A stretch of 64,000 nucleotides of DNA from assembly GCA_018396405.1 (NCBI GenBank), contig JAGTQD010000001.1, positions 5,549 through 69,548 of the forward strand. Direction: 5' to 3'. A model generated the notes under the pieces. That model was given only the letters and a program-made list of their open reading frames with translations, was not told where the DNA came from and searched no databases. Numbering within the stretch: the first letter of the stretch is position 1; every line of letters begins with the position of its first letter. Both the position numbers and the translations under genes were made by a program. The stretch comes from Candidatus Bathyarchaeota archaeon. Its GTDB lineage: Archaea > Thermoproteota > Bathyarchaeia > Bathyarchaeales > DTEX01. This document shows, in pieces, positions 46,796 through 56,979 of the stretch.

Positions 46796-47022
46796 TAAGT
46801 CTCCTCCTCAAAACTGGTCTTCTTCTCAAAGAACTTTATTATCTCATCTATTATTTCGACGTGTGATAGAAGCATGCGCCTACAGCAGTATCTGGTTAAG
46901 CCTAGGCTATCCAAGATCTTCCCTGGGTGCTCTCCAGCCTTAACCCTCCTAGCAAACTCCTCCCATTTATCGCCAATAAGTTTACCACATGTGAAACATC
47001 TCACGGGTATTATCATAAACAT
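46795..47022 (-). CDS. rpoN: DNA-directed RNA polymerase subunit N (Rpo10)
   Basis: [12 protein letters not shown]...RYCCRRM. Confidence 0.9.
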   Translation of the reverse strand: MFMIIPVRCFTCGKLIGDKWEEFARRVKAGEHPGKILDSLGLTRYCCRRMLLSHVEIIDEIIKFFEKKTSFEEET

Positions 47023-47027
47023 TCCTC

Positions 47028-47450
47028 CTATCTATAACTTGTCTGGTCCTGGGCCCTAGCGCCCGGGCCACCATACTTTTTAGGCTCTTTTCTTCTCGGA
47101 TCCCCGGCTAGAAGCGACCTATCAAACCTTAGGAAGGCTGATTTAAGCGCCGAGCTCTTAGTCCACTTTACTAGGGCTCTGGCAATAGCCATCCTAGCAG
47201 CCTCAGCCTGCCCCATAAAGCCTCCGCCGCGAACCTTAACATCTATATCCAGATCCTTCCAAACGCTCTCACCAGATTCTAGGAGTGGCTCAAATATCTT
47301 AAGGCGGGCTACTTCAGGCTCATATATTTCTAGGGGTATATTATTTATGCGTATTCTACCCCTCCCAGGCCTAATAACAGCTCTCGCAATAGCTGTCTTC
47401 CTCTTACCACTTACAACCAAAACCTTTTTTGGAGCAGAACTATCCGTCAT
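47028..47450 (-). CDS. rps9: 30S ribosomal protein uS9
   Basis: [19 protein letters not shown], with a C-terminal ...SYR. Confidence 0.95.
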   Translation of the reverse strand: MTDSSAPKKVLVVSGKRKTAIARAVIRPGRGRIRINNIPLEIYEPEVARLKIFEPLLESGESVWKDLDIDVKVRGGGFMGQAEAARMAIARALVKWTKSSALKSAFLRFDRSLLAGDPRRKEPKKYGGPGARAQDQTSYR

Positions 47451-47468
47451 ATTATCTCACCACAACAT

Positions 47469-47915
47469 TTAACCTCTTATATGCCTAGATAACTCGAGAA
47501 CTGTTATATATTTGCCTTTAAGTTTGCTGGCGCTTGCCTCTGGTATCGTTTCCATCATCTTGCCTTTAAGCTCCTCTGGCACACCCATATATACCCTAAG
47601 TCTCTTAAAGGCATCCCTGCCGCGCGGCTGCTTATAAGGGAGCATCCCTCGTATAGCCCTTCTAACTATTCTATCCGGCCTCCTTGGATGATGCGGGCCC
47701 TTCCCGGGATGCCCTATCTGCAAATAATTATGATATTGATTGATAATCATGTATCTGTCTCCGGAGATAACGGCCTTCTCAGCATTCACTATAATAATCT
47801 TCTCACCACTCAATAACCTTTTAGCAACTATGCTAGCCATCCTGCCAAGTATCAGTCCAGTAGCATCGATTATTCTTGTTCTCTCATCTATCGGCGGAAG
47901 CCCCAATGCCCTCAC
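47469..47915 (-). CDS. rpl13: 50S ribosomal protein uL13
   Basis: IIDATGLILGRMAS and RAIRGMLP. Confidence 0.95.
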   Translation of the reverse strand: MRALGLPPIDERTRIIDATGLILGRMASIVAKRLLSGEKIIIVNAEKAVISGDRYMIINQYHNYLQIGHPGKGPHHPRRPDRIVRRAIRGMLPYKQPRGRDAFKRLRVYMGVPEELKGKMMETIPEASASKLKGKYITVLELSRHIRG

Positions 47916-48274
47916 CCAATAATTTTAACATTTGATCCCTTGGGATTCGATTCTATCAGCTCGGGTATGGATAAACATTTCCCCCCAGCCATAAGTATTT
48001 TTTCGCGGGCCTGTTTAGAGAATGCAAAAGCGGCAACAGTTACTGGATGATCTAATATACCAGCGCCCAAAACTTTTCCAGGGACAACTACCACCTCCCC
48101 CTCAGAAGTATAGCGGTTTATCCGGCTTATATTGACGGCAATACGCCTTCTGTGTGTCCTAGAAAGATACTCGGCAACAGCATCCCATATCCTCGCTTTA
48201 TGTTGATTTGAAGCCTTCCTAAGCAGGCGGAGCAATGCAGATAAATTTGGGTTTGTTGTTCCCCTCTTCCTCAT
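47912..48274 (-). CDS. rpl18e: 50S ribosomal protein eL18 (L18e)
   Basis: Has an NPNL..LL.L.KAS pattern and VVVPGKVLG. Its position lies between rpoD and rpl13. Confidence 0.9.
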   Translation of the reverse strand: MRKRGTTNPNLSALLRLLRKASNQHKARIWDAVAEYLSRTHRRRIAVNISRINRYTSEGEVVVVPGKVLGAGILDHPVTVAAFAFSKQAREKILMAGGKCLSIPELIESNPKGSNVKIIG

Positions 48275-49087
48275 TTACAGCACTCTCTCAACTAAATCCA
48301 TAAACTCCATAAACTTTTCCTCATATATCTTAAGGGCCTCAAATACTATCGTATCAACTGGCAGAGAGCCGACTGACTCAATATAAAATATAAATACGTT
48401 TGGATCCCAGCTCACGGTTATCGGCGGCGGCTTAACCTTGCAAACTCTAATACAATCATTGCATAGGACGCAATCCATCTCCCTAGCAATAACTATTCTA
48501 TTATCTTCCTTAGCTAAAACTTTTTTAGGACAATATTCAACGCATTTACCGCATGCATCGCATCTAGACTCATCTATCTTGATCATCGGCTTATACCTAT
48601 ACGTGCAGGCTGAAACTGGTTGCCATTTAGCGTGATCCTTACCCCTGCCAATCTTAGCATATGCCTCAAGCCTAATCCTCTGCCCGGTAGCAAGCTTAAC
48701 TATGGGTATTTTATCGCTAACAGGGACTATTTTAGGATCATCTGGAATCAAGTCGCCTGAATAAACAGTGCGTACGCCCTTCTTAGCCTCAACATCAAGC
48801 GTAAATATAACTCTACACTTCGGGCAGCCGAGGTCACTTTTACAATCACATTTCTCTGGAGGGTTGTAGAATTTCAGGTCTGTTTTAATCGGGATTAAAC
48901 CAAGTCTTAGGGCGAGTATCTCGTCATGTAAGGCTGACGAATTCTCATATATTATAACGTCATCTATAGCCATCGTCGGAACCTCCGCTAGGATTATCCG
49001 CCTAAACGTGTTCGCCATGGCGGCGCTTATACCCTCAATTATAAAGCTAGCGGTCAATTCATCTCTTCTAAGCATTAGTACGCGCAT
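48275..49087 (-). CDS. rpoD: DNA-directed RNA polymerase subunit D (Rpo3) with a ferredoxin-like domain
   Basis: Conserved operon position. Contains CDACGKCVEYCP and CVLCNDCIRVC. Confidence 0.9.
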   Translation of the reverse strand: MRVLMLRRDELTASFIIEGISAAMANTFRRIILAEVPTMAIDDVIIYENSSALHDEILALRLGLIPIKTDLKFYNPPEKCDCKSDLGCPKCRVIFTLDVEAKKGVRTVYSGDLIPDDPKIVPVSDKIPIVKLATGQRIRLEAYAKIGRGKDHAKWQPVSACTYRYKPMIKIDESRCDACGKCVEYCPKKVLAKEDNRIVIAREMDCVLCNDCIRVCKVKPPPITVSWDPNVFIFYIESVGSLPVDTIVFEALKIYEEKFMEFMDLVERVL

Positions 49088-49111
49088 ATTCTATCTCTTC
49101 CATCAAAAGGG

Positions 49112-49531
49112 CTATACTCTTCTACCCCTACGCCCGCCAGGTCTTCTACACCCATCATGCGGGAGCGGAGTAACTTCCTCTATGCGGCCAATCATTTTAA
49201 AGCCAGCCCTGGCAAGGGCTCTTATAGCCGCCTGGGCGCCTGGGCCGGGCGTTCTAGGCCCTATGCCTCCCGGAGCGCGGACCTTTATGTGAATAGCGTT
49301 TATGCCTTTATCCTTAGCTATCTGAGCCGCATATGCCGCGGCCCTCATTGCAGCATATGGCGAGGACTCCTGCCTATCAGCCTTAACAAACATTCCCCCA
49401 GAAGCCCTTGCAATCGTCTCAGCTCCAGAGAGATCTGTTATATGGACAATAGTATTATTGTATGAGCTATATATGTGTGCTACACCCCACTTAAGCTCCT
49501 CCTTCTTACTACTCATCCCCAAAACCTCCAT
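49112..49531 (-). CDS. rps11: 30S ribosomal protein uS11
   Basis: [18 protein letters not shown] and [11 protein letters not shown]. Confidence 0.95.
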   Translation of the reverse strand: MEVLGMSSKKEELKWGVAHIYSSYNNTIVHITDLSGAETIARASGGMFVKADRQESSPYAAMRAAAYAAQIAKDKGINAIHIKVRAPGGIGPRTPGPGAQAAIRALARAGFKMIGRIEEVTPLPHDGCRRPGGRRGRRV

Positions 49532-49535
49532 AACT

Positions 49536-50081
49536 CTATTTTCCCTGAGCTGCTGCCTCTATACTTAGTCTTAATGGGTGATTAGAATCCCTAAGTGGAC
49601 TCGTTGGGGCATAGGAGACAGCATCCTCCTCAGCCCTTTTAACGAGATAACCCGGCGAGTACACTCTTTTACCGTTAATGGCTATGTGACCATGAATTAT
49701 GAGCTGGCGAGCTTGATATGGAGTTTTAGCCAGCCCCTTCCTGAAGACTATTGTTTGGAGTCTCCTTTCCAGTATATTCTCTACAGTTATATCTAGAACA
49801 TCATCCAGCACAGCGCCCTCAGGTAGTATTCCGAGGCGCTTCAGTTTATCTAGGAGCTGAGTCTCTAGCTTAACTCTCTTATCAATCGGCATGCTGAGTA
49901 GAGACCTCGCCATGCTCCTGATCTTTGAGAGCATTGTCTTAGCGCGCCAGAGCTCACGCTTGTTCCTTAGACCATATTGCCCAAGCAGGACAAGCTCGCT
50001 TTTTAGGACATCGCTCCTCCAGGGATGTCTTGGAGACTCGTATTTTTTCTTAGGCTTTTTTGGATCGCCCATAAAGGTCAC
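49536..50081 (-). CDS. rps4: 30S ribosomal protein uS4
   Basis: [17 protein letters not shown] and ERRLQT, with an S4 domain. Confidence 0.95.
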   Translation of the reverse strand: MTFMGDPKKPKKKYESPRHPWRSDVLKSELVLLGQYGLRNKRELWRAKTMLSKIRSMARSLLSMPIDKRVKLETQLLDKLKRLGILPEGAVLDDVLDITVENILERRLQTIVFRKGLAKTPYQARQLIIHGHIAINGKRVYSPGYLVKRAEEDAVSYAPTSPLRDSNHPLRLSIEAAAQGK

Positions 50082-50530
50082 CTAGCCTTCTTTTTAGAGA
50101 CTCCAACAGTCTTGCCAGTCCTACCAGTCGTCCTAGTCTTCTGCCCACGAACCTTTAGGCTGTAAGCGTGACGGTATCCCCGCCAAGACCACAATGTCTT
50201 CTCCCGCTCTATATCAGCCTTAACCGTTAAATCAATATCCGATGAAATTAAATGTTTATCCTCGCCAGATTCAAGATCTTTACGGCGGTTGAAAAGCCAG
50301 CTTGGCAAGCCACTCTTAGTCAAATTCTTAATTACTTTTTCTATCTCCTCGATCTTTTCGCTTGATAGAAAACCTATTCTCGCTGTGGGCGGGACACCAA
50401 CTTTATGCGCTATTATTCCAGCCAGCCTTAAGCCTATACCCTTAATATCACTTATAGCATCCACTACCGTTTTAGCTCCATCTACATCCCTATCAACTAA
50501 ACGCACTATATGCCTAAACTCAGCCGCCAT
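50078..50530 (-). CDS. rps13: 30S ribosomal protein uS13
   Basis: FRHIVRL..D..G and [13 protein letters not shown]. Confidence 0.95.
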   Translation of the reverse strand: MAAEFRHIVRLVDRDVDGAKTVVDAISDIKGIGLRLAGIIAHKVGVPPTARIGFLSSEKIEEIEKVIKNLTKSGLPSWLFNRRKDLESGEDKHLISSDIDLTVKADIEREKTLWSWRGYRHAYSLKVRGQKTRTTGRTGKTVGVSKKKAR

Positions 50531-50699
50531 ACATTAACCTTCCAGACGCTCAGCAATTAACAAAGGATCTTACATGATTATTTAAGTATATCGCTTTACT
50601 CTACATATTATCCCCTTAAAATATCTTTATTTTTTTATCAATGGATATGGTTACATCAAATGGTTAGAAAGTGTTAAAAGGATCTATGCGGAGTGCATA

Positions 50700-51539
50700 T
50701 TGCTGGTTAGGTGTGGTGGGATGATACTTATAGTGGCTTCGAGAGATGATTTGGCTGGACTAAATATAGCTGATAAGCTCATTAAAATATTTGGGTTCAG
50801 GAGAGAAGACAGGAAAATTCTTGGGAAACAATTATACATGAAGGAAACGGGAGAGCACGAGGAGATCGGTCTCTTAATCGCTAATGGAGAAATAGTCAAT
50901 ATGCAGGATATACCGCCCCTAGCTAACTTAAAAATGATAATCTTTGTATCTAGACATAGCAGTAAAAGCGGGACCCCAACATTATCCGTTCACACTCCAG
51001 GAAACATTGGCGAAGCATTTCTTGGCGGGATCTCAAGAAAAGTTTCTATATCGCCAGCAAGTGCGATGAAGGCTGCCCTAATAGAATTAAAAGCCGCTAG
51101 GGATGAGATGAACTTGCCATACGAGGTCTCCTACGAATGCACGCATCATGGGCCATCGCTAGATATACCAGCGATGTTTGTTGAGCTTGGGAGCACACAT
51201 GAGCAGTGGAGGGATCAGAAGGCTGCTGAGGCAGTCGCGAGGGGAGCTATTGCCGCAGCTGAGAATAAGACAATTTACCCAGCAGCCCTCGGAATAGGCG
51301 GGCAACATTATAATGAGAAGTTCACTAGAATCGCATTAACAAGTGATATTGCATTTGGGCACATGATTCCGAAATACGCTTTAAGCTACGCTGACGAATA
51401 TATTATCAGGGAATGCGTCAAGAGGACTGTTGAGAGGGTTGATAAAATAGTTCTCGACTGGAAGGGGATAAGGGGCGAGGATAAGCAGCCGCTGCTCGAG
51501 ATCCTAAAGAATATAGGTTTAAAGATTGAGAAGGTCTAA
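50700..51539 (+). CDS. dtdA: D-aminoacyl-tRNA deacylase, archaeal DTD2 type
   Basis: MILIVASRDDLAGLNIA, FVSRHSS and TLSVHTPGN. The likely start is the ATG at 50721. Confidence 0.8.
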   Translation: MLVRCGGMILIVASRDDLAGLNIADKLIKIFGFRREDRKILGKQLYMKETGEHEEIGLLIANGEIVNMQDIPPLANLKMIIFVSRHSSKSGTPTLSVHTPGNIGEAFLGGISRKVSISPASAMKAALIELKAARDEMNLPYEVSYECTHHGPSLDIPAMFVELGSTHEQWRDQKAAEAVARGAIAAAENKTIYPAALGIGGQHYNEKFTRIALTSDIAFGHMIPKYALSYADEYIIRECVKRTVERVDKIVLDWKGIRGEDKQPLLEILKNIGLKIEKV

Positions 51540-51545
51540 AGGCTG

Positions 51546-52418
51546 CTACCAGCTAGGACACCGCTCTCTAACCTTCGCCTCAAGGGCGGAGGCCTCTAGA
51601 TGAGCCCTTAATAACAGCGTTGGGAGAACTTCTGGCATGAAGACTCCAGCATTAAAGGCTAAGTTTCTAGCCTCGATAACAGCTTTATTGATAAGGAGAA
51701 CTATTGCCTCCGGCATTGGATACGCGGCGTTTACAGCCAAATTAAGCGCCTCTAAATAGGCCTCACAAATATTCTTTTTATACTCCTCAAGGTCTAGTTT
51801 TAGATCGCTCTCAGAAAGGACCGTTCCGTCGTCATATACTGCCTTGAGCGTTAAACCTAGCTCTATAGGTTTTATACCGAGCTTTGATAGGGCTGCAGCC
51901 AAGCTCTCATTAATAACCTCACCTTTCTTCGCGACAACTGTATCTTTAGCAACCCATACGCTGCCACTCTCTATACGCGTCGGTATGCCAACCGCGTTGA
52001 GCTGGCTGATTATTGGGCCAGGCGGCAAGCCAGTATTACCAGCTGGGACAACTATATCCTCTGTGGCAACATCACCAGCCTTAGCGGGCACCCTAACCCT
52101 ACTCTTCTCAAGAAGCGTTCGCAACTTAAATGGGTTATAATTTGTGAATATATAGACATTAGAGCCCTGCATATACTCAAAAATCTTCTCTAGAGATGGG
52201 GCATCCTTAATCTCCTTAAGGGCACGCTTAACCAGTGAGTTCTTATAAACTTTTAGGTACGCTACATCCTTAAGCTTACCTCTTATCTCCTGAAGCTGCT
52301 GGGCCCTGACCTTATGCAGGCTTGCAACGCCAAGAACACGGTATTTACTGAGGAGCGCCTTTATCTCCTTAACCCTCTCAGCCTTCTCGATAAGTGAACT
52401 GCGGGTCTTAACCGCCAA
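51546..52418 (-). CDS. rpl10: 50S ribosomal stalk protein uL10 (P0), short form without an acidic C-terminal tail
   Basis: The N-terminal uL10 pattern and archaeal insertion domain are present. The ORF ends ...EAKVRERCPSW and its stop abuts the convergent dtdA. Confidence 0.9.
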   Translation of the reverse strand: MAVKTRSSLIEKAERVKEIKALLSKYRVLGVASLHKVRAQQLQEIRGKLKDVAYLKVYKNSLVKRALKEIKDAPSLEKIFEYMQGSNVYIFTNYNPFKLRTLLEKSRVRVPAKAGDVATEDIVVPAGNTGLPPGPIISQLNAVGIPTRIESGSVWVAKDTVVAKKGEVINESLAAALSKLGIKPIELGLTLKAVYDDGTVLSESDLKLDLEEYKKNICEAYLEALNLAVNAAYPMPEAIVLLINKAVIEARNLAFNAGVFMPEVLPTLLLRAHLEASALEAKVRERCPSW

Positions 52419-52420
52419 TG

Positions 52421-53080
52421 CTAATCCTCCTCAAACTTGATTTTTACCGGACGACCCATCGTCGCTTTAATATAAACTGAGGCTATATTCTTTATTCCCC
52501 TCTTAAGCTTTCCCTCAATCTTCCTCAGAACCGCATCGATATTGTCAGCGAGATCCTCAGCGCTCATGTCTTCTGTACCAACACGACAGCTTAAGACTGG
52601 CTGACCCCTAGTCCTAACTAACACGAGTCTTCTGTGCCGCTCGATCTCCTTCTCCACATCGGCTGTTAAAGGTATGGGGGTGGGCATCTTCCCCCTTGGG
52701 CCTAGAATAGCGCCGAAGACTTTGCCGATGAGGGGCATTAATGGCGCGGCGGCAATAAATGAGTCAAAGGACTTCGCGAGGCGCCTCTGTCTTTTCTTGT
52801 CGTTAGCCATGCCCTCAATCTCATCCTTCTCTAAAACCATATCTGCACCAGCCCTCTTAGCTCTAATAGCCATATCGCCAGTGGCAAAGACGCAGACACT
52901 AACCTTCTTTCCTATTGGGTGGGGGAGCTCAATCAATTCTTGGATCCTATTCTCCGGCTTGCTTAAGTCTACGTCTCTGAGATTAATGATTAATTCAATT
53001 GACTGCTTAAAATTCCTTTTAGGAGTCTCTTTGTGTAATTCTTTAATTGCTTCCAAGATATATTTTCTGTTTATGGGCAC
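52421..53080 (-). CDS. rpl1: 50S ribosomal protein uL1
   Basis: FKQSIELIINL and GPRGKMP. Confidence 0.95.
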   Translation of the reverse strand: MPINRKYILEAIKELHKETPKRNFKQSIELIINLRDVDLSKPENRIQELIELPHPIGKKVSVCVFATGDMAIRAKRAGADMVLEKDEIEGMANDKKRQRRLAKSFDSFIAAAPLMPLIGKVFGAILGPRGKMPTPIPLTADVEKEIERHRRLVLVRTRGQPVLSCRVGTEDMSAEDLADNIDAVLRKIEGKLKRGIKNIASVYIKATMGRPVKIKFEED

Positions 53081-53120
53081 TTAGTCATCCCTCCACTGTC
53101 CAATAACGCTGCCTTTCACC

Positions 53121-53612
53121 TCATTTCTCTTTAAGGAGATCATTATATTTTCCTTCATCAATCTCCCTCAAAACAATCTTTGGATCTTTCCCATCAATGG
53201 TGATACCCATGCTCACGCAGCTGCCAATGATCTCCTTTACAGCAGCTTTTAAAGTTTTTGCCAGAAGCTTACTCCGTTTAATCTCCGCAATTTTAACCAC
53301 CTGATTCATAGTAAGATTACCAACCTTCTCAACATCCGGTTTACTTGAGCCCTTCCCTACACCAGCCTCCTTAAGGATTAGGGCTGCTGTTGTCGGTATA
53401 CCAACCTCAACCTCAAAAGACTTCGTCTCCGGATCAATAATTACTTTAACTGGAAGCTTCATGCCTTCATACTCTTTAGTTAACTCGTTAATTTTATTCA
53501 CTACCGCGGCAACATTAACGCCTAAAGGGCCTATTGCGGGGCCTATAGGTGGGCCTCCGGTAGCCCTCCCGCCTTCAACGATAAACTCAACAACTTTCTT
53601 CTCGGCTGGCAT
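53121..53612 (-). CDS. rpl11: 50S ribosomal protein uL11
   Basis: [20 protein letters not shown]. Confidence 0.95.
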   Translation of the reverse strand: MPAEKKVVEFIVEGGRATGGPPIGPAIGPLGVNVAAVVNKINELTKEYEGMKLPVKVIIDPETKSFEVEVGIPTTAALILKEAGVGKGSSKPDVEKVGNLTMNQVVKIAEIKRSKLLAKTLKAAVKEIIGSCVSMGITIDGKDPKIVLREIDEGKYNDLLKEK

Positions 53613-53616
53613 GATC

Positions 53617-54087
53617 TCACGACCCCTTTGATACTAGCCTAACGTAATCCGCATGCACCGTGACTGGCAGGGTAAATGAGGCTTCAAGCAGCTCTATCGT
53701 CACCTCCTCCTTGCTTCTATCTATATCTGTAACCTTCGCCCTCATACCCTTAAATGGACCACTGATTACCTCCACAATATCGTTAATGTCTAGCTCATCG
53801 ATTATGGATTTAACCACAATATATTTCTCTATGTCCGAAAGGGACAATGCTCCCTGAACCCTAGATTTAACATGTCTAACGTTTGCGGATGCTTGGTCGA
53901 TTATATGCGGGCCATCAGCCTCAATGATCACATATCCCTTCAGGTTTTCCGGCACAAGTATGGCTTTTACCGGAATATTATTCGCCTCGATGCGCCCGGC
54001 CATTATCCTTGCAACATTAAGCTCCTGGCCGACAGTTACGCTTAAAGTAAAAAATCTTGTCTCCTCTTTCTCGCCCAAACCCTTCAC
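53617..54087 (-). CDS. spt5: transcription elongation factor Spt5 (NusG)
   Basis: Has an NGN domain plus a KOW motif ([15 protein letters not shown]). It lies in the conserved secE-spt5-L11 position. Confidence 0.9.
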   Translation of the reverse strand: MKGLGEKEETRFFTLSVTVGQELNVARIMAGRIEANNIPVKAILVPENLKGYVIIEADGPHIIDQASANVRHVKSRVQGALSLSDIEKYIVVKSIIDELDINDIVEVISGPFKGMRAKVTDIDRSKEEVTIELLEASFTLPVTVHADYVRLVSKGS

Positions 54088-54275
54088 ACACCCAATGACC
54101 TAAGGACTCCTGCAAGGAAGTAGACTATGAAGCCTATTGCGCCGACTATAAGTATTCCCAGAAAACATATTCTCATGGATAGCCATATCTCATCTCTACT
54201 CGGCTTTCTAGCAAGCCTAAGCAGTCTTAAACTAGATTTTATGAATGACCGAAGACCCAAACTATTCCACCACAT
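54084..54275 (-). CDS. secE: protein translocase subunit SecE (Sec61 gamma)
   Basis: 63 aa with a single C-terminal TM segment. Conserved position upstream of spt5. Confidence 0.8.
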   Translation of the reverse strand: MWWNSLGLRSFIKSSLRLLRLARKPSRDEIWLSMRICFLGILIVGAIGFIVYFLAGVLRSLGV

Positions 54276-54400
54276 CCTATCTAGGGATAAATATCAATAG
54301 ACTGTCGGAAAAATAGACACTTACACAAACTTAAATTTTTCTATGTCTGAGAGCTACTGGCCACTATTTTTATGGGAATAATAACGTTAATATTAATTGT

Positions 54401-55291
54401 ATGTCATCGGTTGAAATAGCATTAAAAGTTCTCCCAAACCTTGAGGCAGAAGACTTTAGGGTACTTGCGGTTATAGAGATTGATTTAAGCCACCACAGGT
54501 TTGTTCCAGAAAAAGATATTTTTAGGTTGAGTGGTCTGCCTGAGAAGGAGGTTAGGTATCGGCTTGAGAGACTAGCCGAGTTTGGGTTAATATATCGCTG
54601 GGTTGGATCCTATGTTGGCTATCTGCTGAATACCGCTGGATATGATTGCTTGGCTTTAAATGCCCTTGTCAAGGCTGGTGTGCTCAGCTCCCTTGGAAAG
54701 CCCCTCGGCGTGGGCAAAGAGTCAGATGTGTATGATGCCCTAACAGATGATGGTGAAAGAGTGGCCGTGAAATTTCATCGATTGGGCAGAACAAGCTTCC
54801 GCCAGACTAGGAGATTAAGGGGGTATGCGCTTGGCAAGAGACATATAAGCTGGCTATATCAGTCAAGGCTGGCAGCTGAGAGAGAGTTTGAAGCCCTTAA
54901 ACTAGTCTACCCATGCGGTGTATCGGTGCCAAAACCAATTGCCCAAAATAGGCATGTAATTGTTATGGGTATGATAGAGGGCGACTGCCTATTCCGCTTT
55001 AGCAGTCTACCAGACCCGGATTCAATCTTAGACAGAATACTAGAGAATGTAAAGCTAGCCTACGTCAAGGCTAATGTGGTTCATGGAGACCTAAGCGAAT
55101 ATAATGTTATCTTGTCTCCGGATTGGCATATACTGATAATAGATTGGCCCCAATATGTAAGATCAGATAATCCGAGCGCTAATATGCTCCTTAGAAGGGA
55201 TGTCTCAAATATAATTGGGTTTTTTAAGAGGAAGTATGGTGTAATCAGAAATTTAGGTGATGTGTTAGATTGGATAAAAAGGGCTGATTGA
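54401..55291 (+). CDS. rio2: RIO-type serine/threonine kinase Rio2
   Basis: An N-terminal wHTH followed by a RIO domain (GVGKESDVY, VAVKFHRLGRTSF, VHGDLSEYN, IDWPQ). Confidence 0.9.
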   Translation: MSSVEIALKVLPNLEAEDFRVLAVIEIDLSHHRFVPEKDIFRLSGLPEKEVRYRLERLAEFGLIYRWVGSYVGYLLNTAGYDCLALNALVKAGVLSSLGKPLGVGKESDVYDALTDDGERVAVKFHRLGRTSFRQTRRLRGYALGKRHISWLYQSRLAAEREFEALKLVYPCGVSVPKPIAQNRHVIVMGMIEGDCLFRFSSLPDPDSILDRILENVKLAYVKANVVHGDLSEYNVILSPDWHILIIDWPQYVRSDNPSANMLLRRDVSNIIGFFKRKYGVIRNLGDVLDWIKRAD

Positions 55292-55374
55292 GTCTATAGT
55301 GGATTTATGAGCGTAATTCGAGGGTTTAAGGCTATTTTTATAAATATTTATCCCAGTAATATTCTTATAGATTA

Positions 55375-56658
55375 TTGATGGTGGGGTCTGGAAGGACAAG
55401 GAAATTAATTGTCGGTGTTGATCCGGGGCTTAATTGTGGTTTGGCTATATTATCAATTGATGGTGCACCCATCCTCGTCGAGAGTCGAAGGGAGTGGCCT
55501 ATTGCGAAGATTATTGAGAGAATCAGGGAGTTTGGTGAGCCCACAATAATCTCGAGCGACGTATCCCCAGCGCCAAGCCTTTTAGAAATACTCTCGAGGA
55601 AATTGAATGCTATTCTCTTTGAGCCAACTATCTCTATGAGTACTGAGGAAAAGCAAAAGATATCTAAGATTTATGCCGAATATTATGGAGTTAATCCACA
55701 AAATGTTCATGAGATGGATGCATTGGCCGCTGCCGTTAAGGCCTATCACTATTATAAGAATAAGTTTGAGCAAGTTGATGCTAAGCTTAGGGAGCTTGGA
55801 TGCGACCTACCGCCAGACGACGTTAAGGATCTTGTTGCTAGAGGATATAGTATAGCTACTGCGATAAGGATTCTAAGCGCAGAGAATTCTAAACGCGAAT
55901 ATACTTTTGTAGAGAGCCCCTCTGGAGAGAGCATGAAGCTTAAGGAGACTATTAAAAGGTTGACGGAGAAGCTCATGCTTGAGAAGGAGAGGAATAGGCT
56001 TCTACAAGCAGCAAATAGGGAGCTTCAATCAAGGATAAAAGACCTCGAGGCTGAAATCGAGACTTTAAAGGCAACTTTAGAGAGAGTTTATAGTGGAGAA
56101 GCTGCCCAGATGAGGCGTGAAAAGGAGTACCAGCGCCTTCTCGAAGAGATAAGGGTTCTAAAGAGTAAGATAGCGGAGCAGGAAGCGCAGATAGAGTCTT
56201 ATAAGCGGATGCTAAGCCATCTCCAGCACCTAGATGAGATAAGCGCTAAAGAGGGATTAACGCTTTTAAAGCCGATAGAGTCCTTCACGAAGGAGGGGCT
56301 TGAGAGAGCATTTAAAATATATAACATTAAGGTCGGGGATATCACCTTTATATTAGATCCGAGCGGTGGTGGGTCGACGACCGCCAGAAGCCTAGTGATG
56401 AGGGGAATCAGGGCGGTCATCGTCAGGGGAAAAATGTCACATCACGCTTTAGAGGTCTTCGAGGAGTATAATATACCAGTTATCCCAGCGGATAAAGTGA
56501 ATATTAGGTGGATTGAGGGGTTGCCATACGTGGATGAGGAGGAGATTAAGAGAATCATTAAGACTGGGGGAAACCTGAAATCTATAGGCGCTCTTAAGAT
56601 GTTGAAGTCCATCATAAACGACCACTTGAGGGAGGTTAAAGAGGAGAATAGGATATAA
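55375..56658 (+). CDS. DUF460-family protein (RNase H/RuvC-like N-terminus plus coiled coil)
   Basis: LIVGVDPGLNCGLAILSIDG, followed by a long heptad-rich central segment. Confidence 0.6.
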   Translation: MMVGSGRTRKLIVGVDPGLNCGLAILSIDGAPILVESRREWPIAKIIERIREFGEPTIISSDVSPAPSLLEILSRKLNAILFEPTISMSTEEKQKISKIYAEYYGVNPQNVHEMDALAAAVKAYHYYKNKFEQVDAKLRELGCDLPPDDVKDLVARGYSIATAIRILSAENSKREYTFVESPSGESMKLKETIKRLTEKLMLEKERNRLLQAANRELQSRIKDLEAEIETLKATLERVYSGEAAQMRREKEYQRLLEEIRVLKSKIAEQEAQIESYKRMLSHLQHLDEISAKEGLTLLKPIESFTKEGLERAFKIYNIKVGDITFILDPSGGGSTTARSLVMRGIRAVIVRGKMSHHALEVFEEYNIPVIPADKVNIRWIEGLPYVDEEEIKRIIKTGGNLKSIGALKMLKSIINDHLREVKEENRI

Positions 56659-56695
56659 GGCTCTTCCGAGAGATTGAGATTTTTGGTGATATATT

Positions 56696-56974
56696 ATGGT
56701 TCAAGAGTTTATTGAGGTTGACGATATCGGAACATTTAGGCTTGTTGCCGAGCACTCGCCACTTATAATACGCAGAGACCCATACTTATTTGCGCAATAC
56801 TTCTCGGCGATGATATACATAAATATGGCGAGGCTCGATGAAAGGGACGTGAGAAGACTCTTCGAGCTGATACGCGGGAAGATGATCGTTGTAAAGAATA
56901 TCGTAAGGGCATCCTCAATCTCAGACTTTCTTGAGAAGATGGAGGGAAAAGAGGGGTCAAAGGAGGATCACTAG
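56696..56974 (+). CDS. hypothetical protein
   Basis: 92-aa ORF with plausible coding composition and no recognised motif. Confidence 0.35.
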   Translation: MVQEFIEVDDIGTFRLVAEHSPLIIRRDPYLFAQYFSAMIYINMARLDERDVRRLFELIRGKMIVVKNIVRASSISDFLEKMEGKEGSKEDH

Positions 56975-56979
56975 AAGAA

